Source: Octopus sinensis (Eukaryota). Taken from it: a stretch of DNA of 10,999 nucleotides. Below the pieces are notes generated by a model. It had not been told where the DNA came from. It saw nothing but the letters and a program-made list of their open reading frames with translations, and did no database searches. Below, in pieces: positions 7,341-10,999 of this stretch (within the stretch, counting starts at the first letter, position 1; each line of letters starts with the position of its first letter). The translations under genes and the position numbers were made by a program. The stretch spans positions 1 through 10,999 of the forward strand of contig NW_021827128.1 of NCBI RefSeq assembly GCF_006345805.1, given 5' to 3'.

Positions 7341-7345
<5 letters not shown>
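7170..7345 (+). mobile_element. Penelope-like (pseudo-LTR-type) repeat fragment
   Basis: A pyrimidine-rich tract is followed by a hammerhead-like motif ending GAAACGTT and a T-rich 3' segment. This layout is typical of PLE pLTRs. Boundaries are approximate and the family assignment is inferred. Confidence 0.45.
7225..7260 (+). ncRNA. Minimal type I hammerhead-ribozyme-like motif with variant core
   Basis: Parsed as stem I CTTT(7225-28)/AAAG(7257-60), core CTGTGGAA, stem II GAGC-gtag-GCTC, GAAA, palindromic ACGT stem III and a GUU triplet. Confidence 0.45.

Positions 7346-7380
<35 letters not shown>
7346..7380. repeat. (TA)n microsatellite
   Basis: Directly visible. Confidence 0.95.
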
Positions 7381-7381
<1 letters not shown>

Positions 7382-7925
7382 AATATGAGAGAGAATCCAC
7401 TATGTGGACGCTCTTACGCTAGAGATAGATCCGCAAGGGTCTCAACCACTAAGAATTATTCTCAAGAAAACTTTAGCACACTATGAACGTAAGCGAGCAG
7501 GACAAATGAAAAATAACAAAAATATAGATTAACCCCATACAATTATGCAATTTTACTTACATAATTAATCCTCAGATCCTCAGTGAGGTACGTCAAAAAT
7601 ATAATTTGTCGAACTACACGCTATATATTAACACGAGGTCAAAAACACGAGCAGTTCGGCCTATTATATTCACAGTCATATTCAAATGCCCTCGTTCTAG
7701 CGCGCCAAATTCCCGCAAATAAATACTGTATAAGTAATTCGCTGCAGTATTTTACGCAGTAGTTTTCATATATATATATAATTATGAGTTAGAGGTTATG
7801 CAAGCGTCTACGAGATAAATGTATCCGTTGACACTACTGGTATATTACCTCATAATGTATAAGCTTTGCTATAAGGTTAACAGTAGTTGGTAATTTAAAT
7901 GGTAAACCGTGGTTTAATATATTCA

Positions 7926-8056
7926 GATGGGCTTCTTTCAGTTTCCATCTACCATCTTTGGTCGGTCCGAAGATCTAATAGAAGTGTCACGCAGTGGAAC
8001 TGAGCCCAGAACTATGTGGATAGGAACCAAGCTTCTTACCACACAGTCACGCCTGA
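7926..8056 (-). mobile_element. Diverged 5' half of SINE A with two internal deletions
   Basis: GGGCTTCTTTCAGTTTCC.TCTACCA[del]..TTGGTCGG.CCGA...AGAAG[del].TG.CACGCAGTGG.ACTGA.CCC.GAAC.ATGTGG aligns to 8331-8485. Confidence 0.85.
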
Positions 8057-8084
8057 TCCATATATATATATATATATATATATA

Positions 8085-8490
8085 CTCTTTTACTCTTTTA
8101 CTTGTTTCAGTCATTTGACTGTGGCCATGCTGGAGCACCGCCTTTAATCGAGCAACTCGACCCCGGGACTTATTCTTTTGTAAGCCCAGTACTTATTCTA
8201 TCGGTCTCTTTTGCCGAACCGCTAAGTAACGGGGACGTAACACCCCAGCATCGGTTGTCAGCAATGCTAGGGGGACAAACACAGACACACAAAACACACC
8301 ACGCATATATATATATATACATATATACGACGGGCTTCTTTCAGTTTCCGTCTACCAAATCCACTCACAAGGCGTTGGTCGGCCCGAGGCTATAGCAGAA
8401 GACACTTGCCCAAGGTGCCACGCAGTGGGACTGAACCCGGAACCATGTGGTTGGTAAACAAGCTACTTACCAAACAGCCACTCCTGCACC
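8085..8490 (-). mobile_element. Full-length SINE family A
   Basis: It is the reverse complement of 6390-6790, with about 8 mismatches over the ~165-nt 5' half by manual count. The tail is two copies of GTAAAAGA(G), and it is flanked by (TA)n on both sides. Confidence 0.93.
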
Positions 8491-9109
8491 TATATATATA
8501 TATAAGTATGTAATATAAATACAATTCTATTGAAATAATCTATTAAGTGCTACAAATATATACAATACAGTTTGCTTATTTCTCGACAGAAGTTATAAAA
8601 CAGAAATTGTATGACTCATATAAACTGTATTATCACTCTGGTTTCACTGAAGAATTAGCTAGTATCTAGGGTTATTATGTGTTATGTTCAATTTCTCTTC
8701 CTAAGTAAACTGCTGCTACAGACTAGCTTTATGTCCAGGTGCGGGTTTGCTTTACAACTGCTTAATGCTACGGAAGAAACGTCGATCCCTCTTGATCTTT
8801 GTGATTCAGCAAAGGATATGTGTATTCAGAGCGGCATTAATAACACGTTATGTATGCTGATGCTTTGTATGTACCTGTGCGTGTGCATATATGTATGTGT
8901 GTATGTTTTGTGTGTGCGTGTGTGCTTGTAAATATATATATATATCTATATATATATATTTGTGTGTGTATGTTTGTGTTTCTCTGCATGTGTGTGTGTG
9001 TGTCCAATTAGATGTTATGCAGTCTTAACGTAAGACTGACCTCTAACAGGGTGGACACATACTTTGAACACAAGCGAATAATAACTACCCACAGCAATAT
9101 CAAACCAAC

Positions 9110-9110
9110 A

Positions 9111-9142
<32 letters not shown>

Positions 9143-9146
9143 AATA

Positions 9147-9178
<32 letters not shown>

Positions 9179-9243
9179 TAATGATAATAATAATAATGAT
9201 GATAAAATAATAATAATGATATAATAATAATAATAATAATATA

Positions 9244-9276
<33 letters not shown>

Positions 9277-9595
9277 TAATAATAATAATAATAATAATAA
9301 TAATATAATAACAATAACAATAATGAAATAATAATAATAATAATAAGGATGATAATAATAATAATAATAAAATAAAATAATAATAATAATAATAATGATA
9401 ATAATAATAATAATAATGATAATAATAATAATAATAATAATAATATAATAATATAATAATAATATAAAATGATAATAATAATAAAATAATAATAATAATA
9501 ATAATAATAAAATAATAATATAATAATAATAATTATAATGATGATGATAATAATAATAATAATAATGATAATAATAACAATAATAATAACAATAA
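9110..9595. repeat. (GAT)n followed by a long imperfect (AAT)n microsatellite
   Basis: Directly visible; source of the poly-I/Y/L ORFs. Confidence 0.97.
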
Positions 9596-9780
9596 TGGCT
9601 AACACTAATAAATATAGATAGTATAAGCAAGCAAAGTATATTGTTAAGTCATTTCCAATGTTTAACTTGGGTCTCTGAATAGAATTTTTATCTGTCACCT
9701 GTTCCAGGTAACAATGACAAACACGTTAGGAATTTTGTTTACCTTTCCGCTAGATGTGCTTACACACTTTCATCTCTCCA

Positions 9781-10325
9781 TATGTATGTGTGTGGGTGTA
9801 TGTATGTATGTATGTATGTATGTATGTATGTATGTATGTATGTATGTATGTATGCATGTGTGTATGTGTGTATGTATTTATGTGTGTATGTATGTATGTG
9901 TGTGTGTATGTATGTATGTATGTATGTATGTATGTATGCATGCATGTGTGTATGCATGTATGTATGCATGTATGTATGTATGCATGTGTGTATGTGTGTA
10001 TGTGTGTATGTATGTGTGTATGTATGTATGTATGTATGTATGCATGCATATGTGTATGTGTGTATGTATGTGTGTATGTATGTATGTGTGTATGTATGTA
10101 TGTATGTATGTATGCATGTGTGCATGCATGTATGTATGTATGTATGCATGCATGTGTGTATGCATGTATGTATGCATGTATGTATGTATGCATGTGTGTA
10201 TGTGTGTATGTGTGTATGTATGTATGTGTGTATGTATGTATGTGTGTATGTATGTATGTATGTATGTATGTATTGTATACACACATGCACACACACACAC
10301 ACGCGTATATATATATGTAATATAT
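9781..10325. repeat. Long compound (TATG/TGTG/TGCA)n microsatellite
   Basis: Directly visible; source of the MYVC/HTYI ORFs. Confidence 0.97.
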
Positions 10326-10327
10326 AT

Positions 10328-10691
10328 CTCTTTTACTTGTTTCAGTAATTTTGACTGCGGCCATGCTGGAGCACCACCTTTAGTCGAGCAAATCGACACC
10401 GAGACCTATTCTTTGTAAGCCCAGTACTTATTCTATCGGTCTCTTTTGCCGAACCGCTATGTGACAGTTGTTAAGCAGGGGGACAAACACAGACACTCAA
10501 ACATACACACACATATATGTATACATGTACATTCATACGATGGGCTTCTTTGAGTTTCCGTCTTCCAAATCCACTCACAAGGCTTTGGTCGGCCCGAGGC
10601 TATAGTAGAAGACACTTGTCCAAGATGTCACGCACTGGGACTGAACCCGGAACCATGTTGTTTGTAAGCAAGCTACTTACCACACAGCCAT
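10328..10691 (-). mobile_element. Near full-length SINE family A with an internal deletion
   Basis: Aligns to 8092-8481. It lacks ~25 nt (GGGGACGTAA...AGCATC) at ~10457, and the extreme 5' bases are lost. Confidence 0.9.
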
Positions 10692-10699
10692 TGCATGTA

Positions 10700-10705
10700 T
10701 GTATG

Positions 10706-10743
<38 letters not shown>

Positions 10744-10999
10744 TGATATGACAGACTGTGCACATGTGCGTATGCGTAGGAGATGAGAGATATGTATGTG
10801 CATATATGTGTATCAATGCATATATGCACATGTCTTCTCCGTATATCCATATATCATATGTGTGCTTGAGTGTGCGGGAATATATAACACATACATACAT
10901 ACATACATACATACATACATACATACATGCATACATACATACATACATACATACATACATACATACATACATACATACATACATACATACATACATACA
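10700..10999. repeat. (TA)n, low-complexity TG/CA and (TACA)n microsatellites
   Basis: Directly visible. Confidence 0.92.

Noticed and set aside
8647-8670. CTGAAGA hammerhead core heptamer
   Set aside because: No stem II followed by GAAA downstream; chance match.
8677-8931. 84-aa ORF or possible exon in unique sequence
   Set aside because: No recognisable domain, it runs into a TG microsatellite, and the splice signals are weak.
9015-10418. Long ORFs of 170-234 aa (poly-I/Y/L; MYVC/HTYI repeats)
   Set aside because: They are translations of (AAT)n and (TATG)n microsatellites, which lack stops in some frames.

Overview
This is non-coding, AT-rich eukaryotic DNA, most likely octopus (coleoid cephalopod). 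That assignment is inferred from my recollection of octopus SINE families plus the dense (TACA)n/(TA)n/(AAT)n microsatellites, not from a database search. I find no credible protein-coding gene: the long ORFs in the track are translations of microsatellites or SINEs. The window is a mosaic of mobile elements. It holds about 11 SINE copies or fragments from about 4 families, and a complete 408-bp non-autonomous Helitron (3423-3830, minus). A probable ~2-kb Helitron (~181-2172) carries internal tandem repeats and a nested SINE. There is also a CR1-like LINE ORF2 C-terminus with its 3' tail, and two Penelope-like fragments. The most interesting signals are (i) a minimal type I hammerhead-ribozyme-like fold with a non-canonical core at 7225-7260, plus a decayed second motif at ~3293-3329; (ii) near-identical inverted SINE copies that could form long dsRNA; and (iii) nested Helitron architecture with ~140-bp degenerate tandem repeats.
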